In this document: in pieces, positions 26,422 to 38,421 of the stretch | How the letters are laid out: each line of letters begins with the position of its first letter | Position numbering within the stretch: the first letter of the stretch is position 1 | Source of the DNA: Octopus sinensis | Lineage: Eukaryota | Assembly: GCF_006345805.1 (NCBI RefSeq) | Contig: NC_043005.1 | Location: 99,324,001-99,388,000 of the forward strand | DNA: 64,000 bases | Reading direction: 5' to 3' | Program-made: the position numbers and the translations under genes | The notes under the pieces: model-generated | What the model was told of the DNA's origin: nothing | The model's database searches: none | Seen by the model: only the letters and a program-made list of their open reading frames with translations

Positions 26422-27162
26422 TTATACTGCATGAATGTGCGATTTCATATCTTCGTCTGATACTTCTGGAGTATTTTGCTCAAGGTATGCACGTGATAGG
26501 GTATCTGCAACAATTGATTCTTTACCAGGTATGTGGTTTAGGTCAAAATCATATCTTTGTAATGTTAGTAGAAATCTTTGGATTCTGGGGGGGCATTTAG
26601 TGATCGATTTTTTGAATATTTGCTTCAACGGTTTATGGTCATTTTCGATTCTGAAATGAGTTCCGTATATAAACTGATGAAATTTCTTGCATGCGAAAAC
26701 TATACTGAGAGCTTCGCTCTCTATCGGACAGTAGTTTTGTTCCACTTGAGTTGTTGCACGAGATGCAAACGAAACAGGTAGCCATCTTTCGTTGTGTTTC
26801 TGCTCAAGTATCGCTCCGAGCCCATGCTTACTAGCATCTGTAGTTATTTTTATTGGTAGATCTGGATCATAAAATTGTAGCACTGGTTTTCTGGTAATCA
26901 TTTCTTTTAGCTTTTTTATTGCTTCGATTTGTGGTTTGTCGAATGACCATAACGTGTCACTCTGTAGAAGCTGGCGCAATGGTGCTGTGACTTCGGAGTA
27001 ATTAGATAAAAATTTACATAAGTAATTTGTCATACCTAGGAATCTTTGTAATTCTTTTTTACTTGTTGGCAGTGGCATGTGAATGATTGCTTGTACCTTG
27101 GTGGATCTTGTTTTATCCCTTCGCTGGTAATATATGCCCAAGGTACTTGATTTGTGATTCAT
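26422..27162 (-). pseudogene. Gypsy RT thumb and RNase H
   Basis: LQRFLGMTNYL, TDASKHGLGA, NYCPIESEALSI, ENDHKPL, VADTLSR. Confidence 0.95.
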
Positions 27163-27189
27163 AGAAGATACACTTTGATTTATTTGACT

Positions 27190-28479
27190 TTAATCCGTGC
27201 TTTCGGATTCGATCGAAAACTTGTTGTAGTCTATTTGTGTGTGTTCTTCTAAAGTGTTGGACCAGATTATGATGTCATCCTGTGAATTTCTTGCTCCTTC
27301 TATGCCCTCTATTATTTTTGAAATTTCTTTTTGGAAAACTTCACTGGCGCTGTGAATTCCAAAGGGTAGTCGTGTGAAGCGATACCTTCCAAAAGGTGTG
27401 TTGAACGTTAAAAGATGGGAGCTTTCTTCGTCAACTGGAATTTGCCAGTATCCATTAGATGCATCGAGTTTTGAAAAATATTTAGGGTTATGCATTTGTG
27501 CAAAAATGTCCTCCGCTGTAGGGAGTTTGAAATGTTGCCTTTTTATGGCTTTGTTTAGATTCTTGGGGTCTAAACAGAGTCGGAGTTTTCCGTTGGCTTT
27601 TTCAACGATGACTAGGGAATTTACCCAGTCTGTAGGTTCACTAACAGGTTTTATGATATCTAATTCTGTCATTCTTTTTAATTCTTTGTTGAGTTTTTCT
27701 TTTATAGAAAAAGGAACCGATCTTGGTGGATGAATTACAGGAGTTATTTGTGGATCCACTGTGATATGATGTGTTATTGACAAAGTGCCGATTTCTCCGA
27801 AACAGTCTTCATATTTTTCTAATATGTCGTTTGTGTTCGACGAATTTATTTTTGAAATTTTCTGAATCAGGTTCAGATCTTTAGCTGTCTTTGCATCTAT
27901 AACTGCGTGCGAGTTTGTTTTTGCAACAATGAATTTTATTTGCTTTGATAATTCTTTGTATTTAATGACTGCTGTGCATTTTCCTAGCACTTTTATAGCT
28001 GTGTTATTATAAGCTGATAATCGAGTTGAGGTTTTTTGCAGTTGTGGTTTTGGAATTATATTTCTATATTCTCTGAATGGCAGTACGGTTACGTCTGCTC
28101 CTGTATCTATTTTGAATGTTACATTCGAGTTGTTCACTTTTAGTTCGACCGTCCAAATGTCTTTTGGAGTCTTGAACTTTTCGATTTTGTGCACGCGGGA
28201 ATTATTTGCAGTGATCATTTCGAGTGCATGTGTATCGTCATCTGATTCATCGTCGGTATGTATCTCTACTTTATGTACAAATTTTCTTGATTTGCACATT
28301 TTTGCATAGTGTCCTTGTTTCTTGCATTTTTCACATGTCTTGTGAAATGCTGGGCATTTATTTCTTTTGTGATTATAACCACAATAGTGACAGTTAGTGA
28401 CGTAGTGTTGACTTGGCGCTTGAAACTTCGCGGGCTTTCTGTCACTTCCGCCTTGTTCGTTTTGATGTCTGGATTGCAT
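27190..28479 (-). pseudogene. Gypsy nucleocapsid, protease and RT
   Basis: CHYCGYNH..C and CEKCKKQGHYAKMC knuckles; protease KIDTGA; RT WVNSLVIVEK, LRLCLDP, LDASNGYWQI, RLPFGI, SQDD. Confidence 0.95.
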
Positions 28480-28487
28480 ATGGCGGG

Positions 28488-29128
28488 TTATTGAGTTTTG
28501 GCGCCTTTTCTGTCGTGTTGACTATATACCCTCGAGATTTCGTTATCTCTTGTTTCGGATGTGGCATTTAGCATCCTTGATTGGAGTCGTGTTTGCTCTG
28601 CACTCTGACCTGCTTGAATTGTTTTTTGTAGGTCTAAATTTGGTTCTCTCAATAATCTTTCTCTTAATCTCATGTCTCTGATTCCACATATCAGATATCT
28701 TTGGTGAGACTGTCTGTGAGGTTGCCGAATTTGCACTGTTGTGCCTTTTGGCGCAACTCTACTACGTACTCATCGAATTTTTGATGTTCCGCTTGTCCAC
28801 ATGTGAAGAATTTGTGTCTTAGGAAAGTTATGTTTTTCCTGGGTTCACAATATGCATCGAATTTTTCGATTACTGTCTGAAGGTTCATTTCTTCGTCGGG
28901 TGAATCGAAATCCAGTGTGGAATGGATATCTCGGCCTTTAGAACCGATGCAAGTTAAAATCATTGAAGTTTTTACTTTGTCTGGCTTCATGTCACTTTCT
29001 GTTGCTATCAAAAAGAGATTGAATTCTTTTTTCCACTTTTTCCATGCTGCGGCTAGATTTTCCTGATTAAAGTCTAGGTCTTTTGGATGCGGTAAATTTT
29101 CCATTTCGTCTTTGAAGTATGATTTCAA
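28488..29128 (-). pseudogene. Gypsy gag (capsid), frameshifted
   Basis: WKKWKKEFNLFLIA...YCEPRKNITFLRHKF...FDEYVVELR, then LICGIRD.RLRERLLRE. Confidence 0.9.
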
Positions 29129-29171
29129 CTTCTTTTTTCCTTTGGTTTCTGTATTTTGGGTTCTTTTAGTA

Positions 29172-29182
29172 TTCTGACACCA
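29172..29182 (-). promoter_or_regulatory. Primer-binding site
   Basis: Minus strand TGGTGTCAGAA directly after the 5' LTR. This is complementary to the 3' end of tRNA-Leu(CAA) as known from metazoan tRNAs. Confidence 0.85.
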
Positions 29183-29420
29183 TGTTGTTGTTATATATAT
29201 ATAATGTATTGAGTATTAAAGGAAGTAGTGAGTACTTAGTATGAAAGATTAAGAAAATGAGAGAGACTGAAACAACGTGTTAACGATACAAGATACTTTA
29301 TTCGAATGCCGTTGTTGTACAAGTTAATTGTTTTGGCGGGAAACAAAGTGAAAGTCCTTTTATCAAGGGAGACAATGGGCGACGTTGATTGTTCATGTTT
29401 GTTGTGATGATTATATAACA
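29183..29420 (-). repeat. 5' LTR (238 bp)
   Basis: Matches 24897-25134 at 236/238 positions. Confidence 0.97.
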
Positions 29421-29815
29421 CTCACAAGTTTCGATGTCACCAACCTATGCACCAATATTCTCCACACTCTAGGTCTGGAAGCAGTGGAATACTGGGTGAC
29501 AAGATATAGAGATAAAATAGATGAACATTTTAAGATGGATCTCATCACCAAAGCCACACGCATAGTTCTGGAGGAAAACACATTTAAATTTAGCCACAAA
29601 ACATATAAACAAATAAAGGGCACAGCTATGGGTACACGCTTTGCACCTTCACATGCTAACCTGGTCATGGGGTTTCTGGAGGAAAAACTCTTCAAAGAAG
29701 TAGAAAAAACCTTTGACCAGGAATTCAAGATATACATTATGAAATAATGGAAACGATTTCTTGATGATTGCTTCATCTTTTGGGAAAAATCAGACACGGA
29801 CCTAAACACCTTTAA

Positions 29816-30925
29816 CCCTTTCGTTACCAAACCACCCAAAGCTGCCCGAAAAAAATTTTGGTTAATGTGACCAAACCGCCCAAACCCGCCCGAATTTACC
29901 TATTCATATTTAAATGAGAATATCAGAGCAAATCTCTTTAGTACATTTGTGAAAACACGTGATTATGCTTCGTAAACAGTTCATCGACAGTTTTGTACAA
30001 CGATCGACGTGTAATTTTAATTCCCTGAATTTTGGGAGATTGTTTTCCATATTTTTTTCGGCATCGATTTTTCTTCAACTTTGAAAATGGATAGGAGTTT
30101 CATGTTATCAAGCATTGATTCCGAATTGGAAAATTTGTGAAACAAATACTGGGTACTGTTGTGGATTTAGTTTTTATACAGGGAAACTAATGTTAGTCAG
30201 CATGGCTTAGGGTATGATGTGGTCTGGAAGTTATTGTTTGAAGCGATCAATGCGGAAACAAAGGTTAATATCTATTAACCGAAACAAACTTACGCAGAAT
30301 GTAAACAAACACAAAATGGGGGTTCAAATTTCGGAAAATTTGTGAAGCAAATACTGGGTACTTCGTGGATTTAGTTTTTATACAGGGAAAATAATGTTAG
30401 TCAGCATGGCCTAGGGAACGATGTGGTCTGGAATTTATCACTTCCATACCATAACCAGGGCCGTATATTATTTTTTGACCGATTTCTTTAGTTCGGTCAA
30501 ACTTACGGTGGATTCAAGTATTTCACTTTATTCCACCTTTATGGTACACCTGTTGTGCATTAAATTCAACTGATGATATAGTGATGTGCACAATTCTTCT
30601 TTATCAAAATTTTGTTGCATACCCATTTGAATATTAGCTGATGATTTATTTTCTATGGTGATGTTTAAACAAAATTTTAATATTTTTACCTTTTGCTCAA
30701 TTTACCTGGATTTACCTGTAATTAAAGTCACTTTGAAACAAAAGTTATGCAATAGAATTGATTAAGAACCCTTTCTTTAATTATGTTCCAAATATCACAT
30801 TAAAATGTTGATAAGTAAAAAAAGTTACAGTTATTTAATGAAACAAGCCTAGATTCATGATTATTTTAGAATTTAATTGAAACTCATGAGGGTGTATTTT
30901 GGTCAGAAATATAGTAACGAAAGGG
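29816..30925 (+). mobile_element. Internally deleted piggyBac DNA transposon
   Basis: TTAA TSD (29812-29815, 30926-30929); 12-bp perfect TIR ccctttcgttac; transposase relics KWGFKFRKICEANTGY and HGLGNDVVWNLSLPYHNQGRILFFDRF at 30314-30490. Part of this segment is duplicated at 30128-30230. Confidence 0.92.
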
Positions 30926-32181
30926 TTAAAGAGATATTAAACAAATTGCACCCAGCCATACAATTTACCACAGAATCCAACTTTAATGAATTACCATTCC
31001 TGGACATTCTCATAAAAATAAAAAATTGCAGAGTAACTACAGACATTTATTACAAAAACAAAACAGACCCACATCACTATCTTAACTTTGACTCGTGCCA
31101 CCCATCACACATTAAAAGAAATATACCCTACTGCATGGCAAGACGCATATGCACTATAGTAAGAGACACTGCAACACGAAACACTAGACTCGACGAACTC
31201 CAGGACTGCCTCGAAATACAAAAATACCCTTCAGGTTTGATAAAGGAAGGTTTTAAAAAGGCATTGAAACTCAACATCAGCGAATTAAGAACACCAAAAG
31301 AAAAAACCAGTAAACAAACAATACCATTCGTCTCCACACACAGTCCTGGCTATACAAATATTTTCCACGCTATAAAATCAAACTTGCCTATCCTTCTACA
31401 AAGCCCTAAAATGAGGAACCTGATGAACAAAAAAATCCTACTCAACAGCAAATGCCAACCGAAAAACCTTAAAAAGCACCTTACAAGGGCAGAATTCAGA
31501 TCGGAGAAGGGACCAGAATTCTCAGTAACAGAATGTGGAGACAAAAGATGCGGAACATGCAACAACGAGAATAATTACAAATGCCTACAATGTGGTTCCC
31601 ACTTAAAATTCAGAAATGGCTTCTCTCTTTAAGATCAATGATAATATGACTTGCAAAACGCAAAACCTCATACGTTGCATTACTTGCCCAAACTGCAAGG
31701 AAAACTATATTGGCGAAACGAACAACTCTCTCTGCCAATGCGCCAGAATACATAGGCAGCATATAAAACAGGAAGAGTTACGCAAGGTACCATTAAGCAA
31801 ACACCTAGAAGTATGCGGAAATGGAAAATTTAAAATTATTCCATTCTGCAAATGCTCATGGAATGACCCGGAATACTGTAAAGCTATGGAATTGCACTTC
31901 ATAGAAAAATTTAGCCCAAAATTGAATGGCTAAAAAAAGTAAAAGTAGTCAAAAAGTCAATGATGATGTGATACACACAAAAAAAGGAAAAAAACCTCTT
32001 TCTATATCTTTATATACAAATGAAAGAATTCTCCCTTTTCTTTTCTTATATATACAATTATGCATCTTAAAATTCTGACTATGTATGTGATTATAAATGC
32101 TTATATGCATATAGACGTGTATATATATGTACAGACAAGTTTGATATATCTTATATATATATATGTTGATATATGTGGTCG

Positions 32182-32222
<41 letters not shown>

Positions 32223-32373
32223 ATGTATGTATGCAAGTATATGTATGTGTATGCATATATGTGTGGCTGTATATGTGGATATGCATGTGTATGTATGTGT
32301 ATATATGTGTACATGTATGTATGTATGTATGTATATGCATGTATATTTCTATGTGTGTGGGTGTGTGTGCTTT

Positions 32374-32406
<33 letters not shown>

Positions 32407-32692
32407 ATGTACACATATTGATATGTGTTTTGGTGTATATATATGTATATCAAGCATTGAATGGTCAACCACCTGTTCTTTTAGAAACCCAAGGGAGTGC
32501 CAAGTGAAGAATGGACACAACATTTTCTTTATATTTTTATTTTTATATTTTATTTTTTTCCCTTTCTTTCTTTCTTTCTTTCTTTCTTTCTCATTTTCAA
32601 GATCACACAGCACATGTATGTATGAATGTTTATGAAAATGTACACACATAATAGGTTCCTCCATATGTGTATATATATGTGAGTGTATGTGG

Positions 32693-32723
<31 letters not shown>

Positions 32724-33068
32724 TATATGTAGGGATATATGTGTGGGTGTACATAGCAATACACCTACTATTAAAAAACAAACCCTCTCAAATCCACTTT
32801 TTCCTTCTCTCTTTCCATTTCTTATAAGGGTCATCCAAAAAATACAAAAAGACCCCAAAAAAGAAAAAAAGAGAAAAATACACAGTTTTAAAAAACACAC
32901 ACCCATATTCTCTCTCTTTCACCTTCTCCATCCCTCTATCTCCCTATCACTCCCTCTCTTTCACCTCCCTCCCTCTATTCTCCATTATATACACACACAC
33001 ACACTCTCTCTCTCTCTCCCCACTTCATTTACCAATAATATAAATACAGACAAAACTTTTAAAACTGA

Positions 33069-33111
33069 CATTTCTGATGAAACTACAGGAGTAGTTGAAA
33101 GCGCTAATAGG
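33069..33111 (+). ncRNA. Type I minimal hammerhead ribozyme of the Penelope element
   Basis: CTGATGA at 33074-33080; perfect stem II aactac-agga-gtagtt; GAAA at 33097-33100; palindromic stem III AGCGCT; CTA triplet; predicted cleavage between 33106 and 33107. Stem I is weak in this copy. Confidence 0.8.
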
Positions 33112-33270
33112 AAGTAATAATAAGTGATATGTAAATAAATATATACTTTTACAACCATCCAGCATTCTGAACATCTTTTTTCTTTCATACACATATATAT
33201 ATATATATACATACATACATACATTTATATTCATACATACATATATACATACATACATACATATATATAA

Positions 33271-34249
33271 CCTTCGCTGATGATTCCAAGCTCCAGAAGG
33301 TCATCAATGGCGTGGATGACCGAATAAACCTTCAGTCAGACCTACTGGCTGTTGTCCAATGGGCGGAAAAGAATAACATGTTGCTAAATGAAGACAAATT
33401 CGAACTGATCCACTTTGGAAGGGAGGACGCTCTGAAACTCCCATACTCTCTTCCTTCTGGAGAAATTCTCATGGCATCCAACAACATCAGAGACCTGGGA
33501 GTAACAGTGGACAACAACATAAGCTGGGCTACACATTTAAGCAGCAAAGTTGACATGGCCCGCAGAATGTGTTCCTGGATTCTCAGAACCTTCCAGTCAA
33601 GAGATTCCCACGCTATTATCCTTCTCTTCTCCACTTTTGCCCGACCCCACCTTGAATACTGCTGTCCACTGTGGTCTCCCTACACAAAACAAAATATTAT
33701 GAGAATTGAAGCTCCCCAAAGGTCAATCACAAAAAAGATAGATGGCATGTCAGACCTTGACTACTGGGGTAGACTAGAGAAGCTGAAATTGTATTCACTC
33801 CAACGACGCCGTGAACGCTACATTATCTGTATGATGTGGAAAATATTCCATCAGCACTGTCCGAATGATGTTGGCATCACCTTCAAAATACATCCAAGGC
33901 TTGGACCACATGCCATCCGTCCACAACAAAAATCTAAATCGCATCACATAACGACAATACGGCACAACTATTTCACCTCATTTGGACCTGCTCTCTTCAA
34001 CATTACACCAGGACACGTCAAAAAAGAAACTGACCACACAAAATTCAAGAAGTCTTTGGACAAATTCCTTCAAACAGTACCGGACAAACCACCCACACCC
34101 GGATATGTCTCCGCAAACAATAACTCTCTGCTCGAATGGGCCTTGGTGGCCAAATCCTGAACTGAAAGACTTCGCCAGGTGGTGCTATTAAGTTAGACAT
34201 GGCCTGGGCCAATACTGGCCAAAAACCTTTCTAAGTTATTCTAAGTTAT
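33271..34249 (+). mobile_element. 5'-truncated CR1-group LINE
   Basis: RT C-terminal frame, short 3' UTR, tail (ctaagttat)x2; TACA/TA microsatellite on both sides. Confidence 0.9.
33273..34160 (+). CDS. C-terminal RT fragment of the CR1-group LINE (uninterrupted, but not a complete gene)
   Basis: FADD at 33273-33284 is in frame with ORF 33312-34160, which contains RDLGV, RPHLEYCCPLWSP, LKLYSLQRRRERY and FKKSLDKFL..VPD.P. Confidence 0.85.
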   Translation, partial: FADDSKLQKVINGVDDRINLQSDLLAVVQWAEKNNMLLNEDKFELIHFGREDALKLPYSLPSGEILMASNNIRDLGVTVDNNISWATHLSSKVDMARRMCSWILRTFQSRDSHAIILLFSTFARPHLEYCCPLWSPYTKQNIMRIEAPQRSITKKIDGMSDLDYWGRLEKLKLYSLQRRRERYIICMMWKIFHQHCPNDVGITFKIHPRLGPHAIRPQQKSKSHHITTIRHNYFTSFGPALFNITPGHVKKETDHTKFKKSLDKFLQTVPDKPPTPGYVSANNNSLLEWALVAKS

Positions 34250-35220
34250 ATACATACATACATACATACACTTATATACATACATACATACATATATACA
34301 TACATACATACATATATATATACATACATACATATATATATATACATACATATACACATATATATATGTATATGTTATGTATTTGTGTATCTGTATTTAA
34401 CCCCCCCACCATTTAACAACTGATGTTGGTGTGTTTACATCCCTGTAACTTTGCAGTTCGGCAATAGAGACCAATAGAATAAGTACTAGACTTACAAAGA
34501 ATAAGTTCTGGGGTCGATTTGTTTGACTAAAGGGCCACAGTCAAATGACTGAAACAAGTAAAAGAATAAATGAAAACGAATACAGAATCAGTCATTTGCC
34601 ACATTAAAAGGTTCCTGGAAATACAGCAGGGAATGGTTGTATTTATCTGTGCCATAGTGTGGCATTAAATGGACAAAAGACCAAGCTTTCCTATAAATAT
34701 TGGTCTACAACAGATTAATTCTCGATTGCTACAGAGGGAATTGACAGTCTAGCAATATTTCTAATTAAATCTATTACTTTACTGAATAAACACTGAACCC
34801 TCACTGAGCCAGATGTAATGTCTCCCATATATTAACTGTCTTCTCAGTTCACTTCCCATTCAGTCAAAGTTGAACACATTTATTTACATCGCCATTGTAT
34901 ATTGCAATGCCATCAGATACCCATGGTTCTTACATTAGAAGCCATCTCAACAGTTGTTCCAAGTAGCTCTGTGCCACAGTCACACAGTGTGTCATTGGAG
35001 GAGCTACATTCCCATTTACTGAGTGCCATTTTGACCCTTTCAACTTTAATTTTCAATCAGTTAAGGAATTCCTGCTTTCTCCAATGTATTCCCACAGCAC
35101 CAGGTGGCAGTTGTTTATTTGCCATTGCTGTTATTGTTGAGAATGGTAGTCTGTTGGTTATTTCTTTCTACAAAACCATTCTTACTTCATCAGGGCTGAC
35201 CCATGGTTAAATAATAATAA

Positions 35221-35402
35221 CAACCAATGTGGTGGCACTACCAAGCTCTCAGCATGTCATAGAAAACCACAAATGAACTGCTGGCAGGAATAAAGAAAGA
35301 TTACAGAGCAGTCAACAACAGCTGGAACCAGCATTTTTTTCAAAGACCATTTGTAGTTTTCTATGACCTGCTGACCGCTCAGTGCTGCCACCAAATTGGT
35401 TG
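35221..35402. repeat. Decayed MITE-like hairpin
   Basis: 35224-35275 versus the reverse complement of 35348-35399: 43/52 identical. Confidence 0.65.
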
Positions 35403-35987
35403 GTGTTCTTATTCAACCATGGATTAACCCTGGTCAAGTACATCTAGGATAAAAAAAAAAAGCATTCCATTTATGACCATTTTATCCCATCATTTATTCA
35501 AAGATGGTGCATCTAGGACTACTTTATCCAATGTATTTGTTTAAGTTGGCATGAAGAATCTTAGAGAATATGGCTGTTCTTTCTAGCAGGTCATGTGAGC
35601 ATATATAGAGCTTTTTATTGATACATGATATATAAATGATAGAAGTTCTTGGTGAAAATCCTCAAATGAGGAGCAGCTAGTTTAAGTATCATTTAAGTAA
35701 ATTGATGATATTAGAGAAATATGTACAAGATAAGGTTAGATGGTATCTATGACAACCTGAGTAGACATCTTGTTTTAAATATACATTAGGTTTCTGTAAG
35801 AGTGTACTTGTCATGTCCTGCTTCAAAACACCTAAACCACTAAGAAAGACATAGCATTAAGATAACAAGGAGACAATTCCCTTCATTCTAGGAAAATACT
35901 AATTTGTTACAATGTGAAAGTGAATTCTATTTAGCGGGCAAGTAAACTGAACTAAGGGTTAAACCTATTTCTAGGCTGGACATACAT

Positions 35988-36019
<32 letters not shown>

Positions 36020-36020
36020 G

Positions 36021-36326
36021 TGGAGGCACAACGGCCCAGTGGTTAGGGCAGCGGACTCGCAGTGGTAGGATTGCAATTTCGATTCCCAGACCGGGCGTTG
36101 TGAGTGTTTATTGAGCGAAAACACCTAAAGCTCCATGAGGCTCCACCAGGGGGTGGTGGAAATCCCTGCTGTACACTTTTGCCACAACTTTCTCGCACTC
36201 TTTCTTCTGTTGGCCTGCTCGCTTAGCCAGGAGGGTGGCGTCATATGAAACAATGCGAAGTGCATTGTGACCAGCAATGTGTGGCAACATCTGATAGCCT
36301 GGTTGGTCACAGTGACCACAATGATC
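36021..36326 (+). mobile_element. tRNA-derived SINE, family C
   Basis: Head tggaggcacaacggcccagtggttagggcagcggactc...atttcgattccc (A/B-box-like); inserted in a TA/CA tract. Confidence 0.7.
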
Positions 36327-36819
36327 AAACACACACACACACATATATATATATATACGTATATATAGGTAACATATCATAAATATACTGGATTTAGGAT
36401 ATGATTCAGTCAGCCACTCTTTCTCTCTTTCTGATAGAGAGTTGACATTGTTTAAGGGAAGATATATTGGTAAAGAGAAAATATCTTTTATATAGGGGTG
36501 GGCGAGGAAGAGAATGATGAAACCTCTTTCAAAGTAATTAACAATGTAAATGAAAAAAAAAACTGGTTTTGACCAACAAAATCTGGTGGAGAGTTTTAAA
36601 TCACATGGGAAGATTATCTCTCCTTTGTAACGGTACTCCCCCCCCCCCACACACACACAATGTTAATACACTGAAATATTCTTTAAAACATTGCACTCTC
36701 TGACCTCGAAAATTCTTCATCTTGCTTCTTTAGATCTTACCATAAGCTCAAATCTCATAAGAGAAGTATACTTCCATTTACCCCTGCAACATAGATATGC
36801 ACACATTTACAGTCTCTCA

Positions 36820-36871
<52 letters not shown>

Positions 36872-38002
36872 TGCACACGCACACACACTTTCTCTCTCTC
36901 TTGTACACACATACAAATATGCATATGCATATACAAACATACATATTCAAACATACATACACACATACACCAACACACATACAACCACTCATATAAACAT
37001 ACACACATATACAACCCCTCTCTCTCCTACACTGAGATTAACATTACAAGCTCCATCCCAGATAAGCTGCCTTATCATTTGCTACAAGAGATTCTAATCC
37101 AATAAACTCTCAAAGCAAACTAAGTAGGAATCAAATGTCTGAATTTCCTGCTTAAATCCTTGTCTTCATTGTCTTACACTTGCTTAGATAATTGGGAAAC
37201 AGTTATCTACCATGGAGACCTTATTAACTCAATCAATGTCACTATTTCTTTAGGAATAACATTGCTTCATTCCACTTGAACCAGGAAACTATTCCCTTAT
37301 TTTCATTGTTTGTGCTTTTACCTCCATTCTTCATTGTTAGAATAATTTTTGATGTTATTTATCTAGTTTTATGAAACAATTATTATTATTATTTTTTTTG
37401 TTTTCAATTCTCTGTTTTCCTCATTGCAAACCACTAAAGCATGACGTTAACAGTAGAAATCTGTTGTCAGTCAGGCAAACTGAGGCAAGCAGAGTTATAG
37501 GACTTGCTTAAGGAACTGTAACTCAATGGGTGTAATGAACCTGGAGACATTAATCATACCACAGCATTTGATTATTATTGTGGTAGTTGTTGTTACTGTT
37601 TTTACATGAATGGCAAATAGTTTGTTGGACAGGGTGGAAGGAGAGAGAAACAGCAGTGAAGTAGCTGTGACTCTTCAATATATCTCTGTTGTAAGTTCAA
37701 TTCTCTCTAAACTGGGTTTTGGCTATCAGCACCCCTCAGCTGATAAAATGATGCCACTTATATCTCATGCATACACTAACCAGGTCTTCAAGCAAACTTA
37801 GCTACAAATTTCATACTAGCAATGGAAGCAGCAGTAGCAGGAGTAGAAGTAGTAGAGGATGGTGTTCTCCATGTCATACTCAATGTGGATATTCTGTAGA
37901 AAACTGTTGTATTTGTCTTGAGAAATCATCTTTTACAAACATGGGGAGGTGACTATCATTTATATGCGAGTGAAATTAAATTTTAGCAGCTTTCTCATGA
38001 AC

Positions 38003-38421
38003 TCTCTTTTACTCTTTCACTCTTTTACTTGTTTCAGTCATTTGACTATGACCATGCTGGAGCACTGCCTTTTAGTCAAGCAAATCGATCCCCAGGACTT
38101 ATTCTTTGTAAGCCTAGTACTTATTCAGTCTCTTTTTGCCGAACCGCTAAGTTACAAGGATGTAAACACACCAGCATCGGTTGTCAAGCGATGTTGTGGG
38201 GACAAACACAGACACACAAACATATACACACACACATGCATATATATATACATATATATGACAGGCTTCTTTCAGTTTCCATCTACCAAATCCACTCACA
38301 AGGCTTTGGTCAGCCCGAGGCTATAGTAGAAGACACTTGCCCAAGGTGCCATGCAGTGGGACTGAACTTGAATCCATGTGGTTGGTAAGCAAGCTACTTA
38401 CCACACAGCTACTCCTACACC
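38003..38421 (-). mobile_element. SINE family A
   Basis: Full-length match to the other copies. Confidence 0.88.

Larger units (their letters stand above)
24897..29420 (-). mobile_element. Full-length Ty3/Gypsy LTR retrotransposon (Mag-like)
   Basis: Paired TG...CA LTRs; 5-bp TSD CTCAC (24892-24896, 29421-29425); PBS; PPT; domain order gag-PR-RT-RH-INT; two zinc knuckles in gag. Confidence 0.97.
24060..31933 (+). pseudogene. Penelope-type RT plus GIY-YIG endonuclease ORF (pieces 24060-24896, 29426-29815, 30930-31933)
   Basis: Motifs LLKGFKFTPTP, RRLRLLEF, ADKGG, FYGLPKIHK, LRPIV, SFDVTNL, KQIKGTAMG, RFLDD, LPFLD, HHYLNFDSCHP, linker CGDKRCGTC, and ITCPNCKENYIGET. Removing each insert plus one TSD restores GTILT|SFDVT and LNTF|KEILN. 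A stop at 29745-29747 and several frameshifts remain. A C-x4-C-x2-C linker is the described hallmark of Neptune-type PLEs. Confidence 0.92.
23086..33189 (+). mobile_element. Penelope-like element (Neptune-like), interrupted by Gypsy and piggyBac insertions
   Basis: 83-bp terminal direct repeats (23086-23168 / 33107-33189); PLE-type RT and GIY-YIG ORF; hammerhead next to the 3' repeat; microsatellite flanks. Confidence 0.9.
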
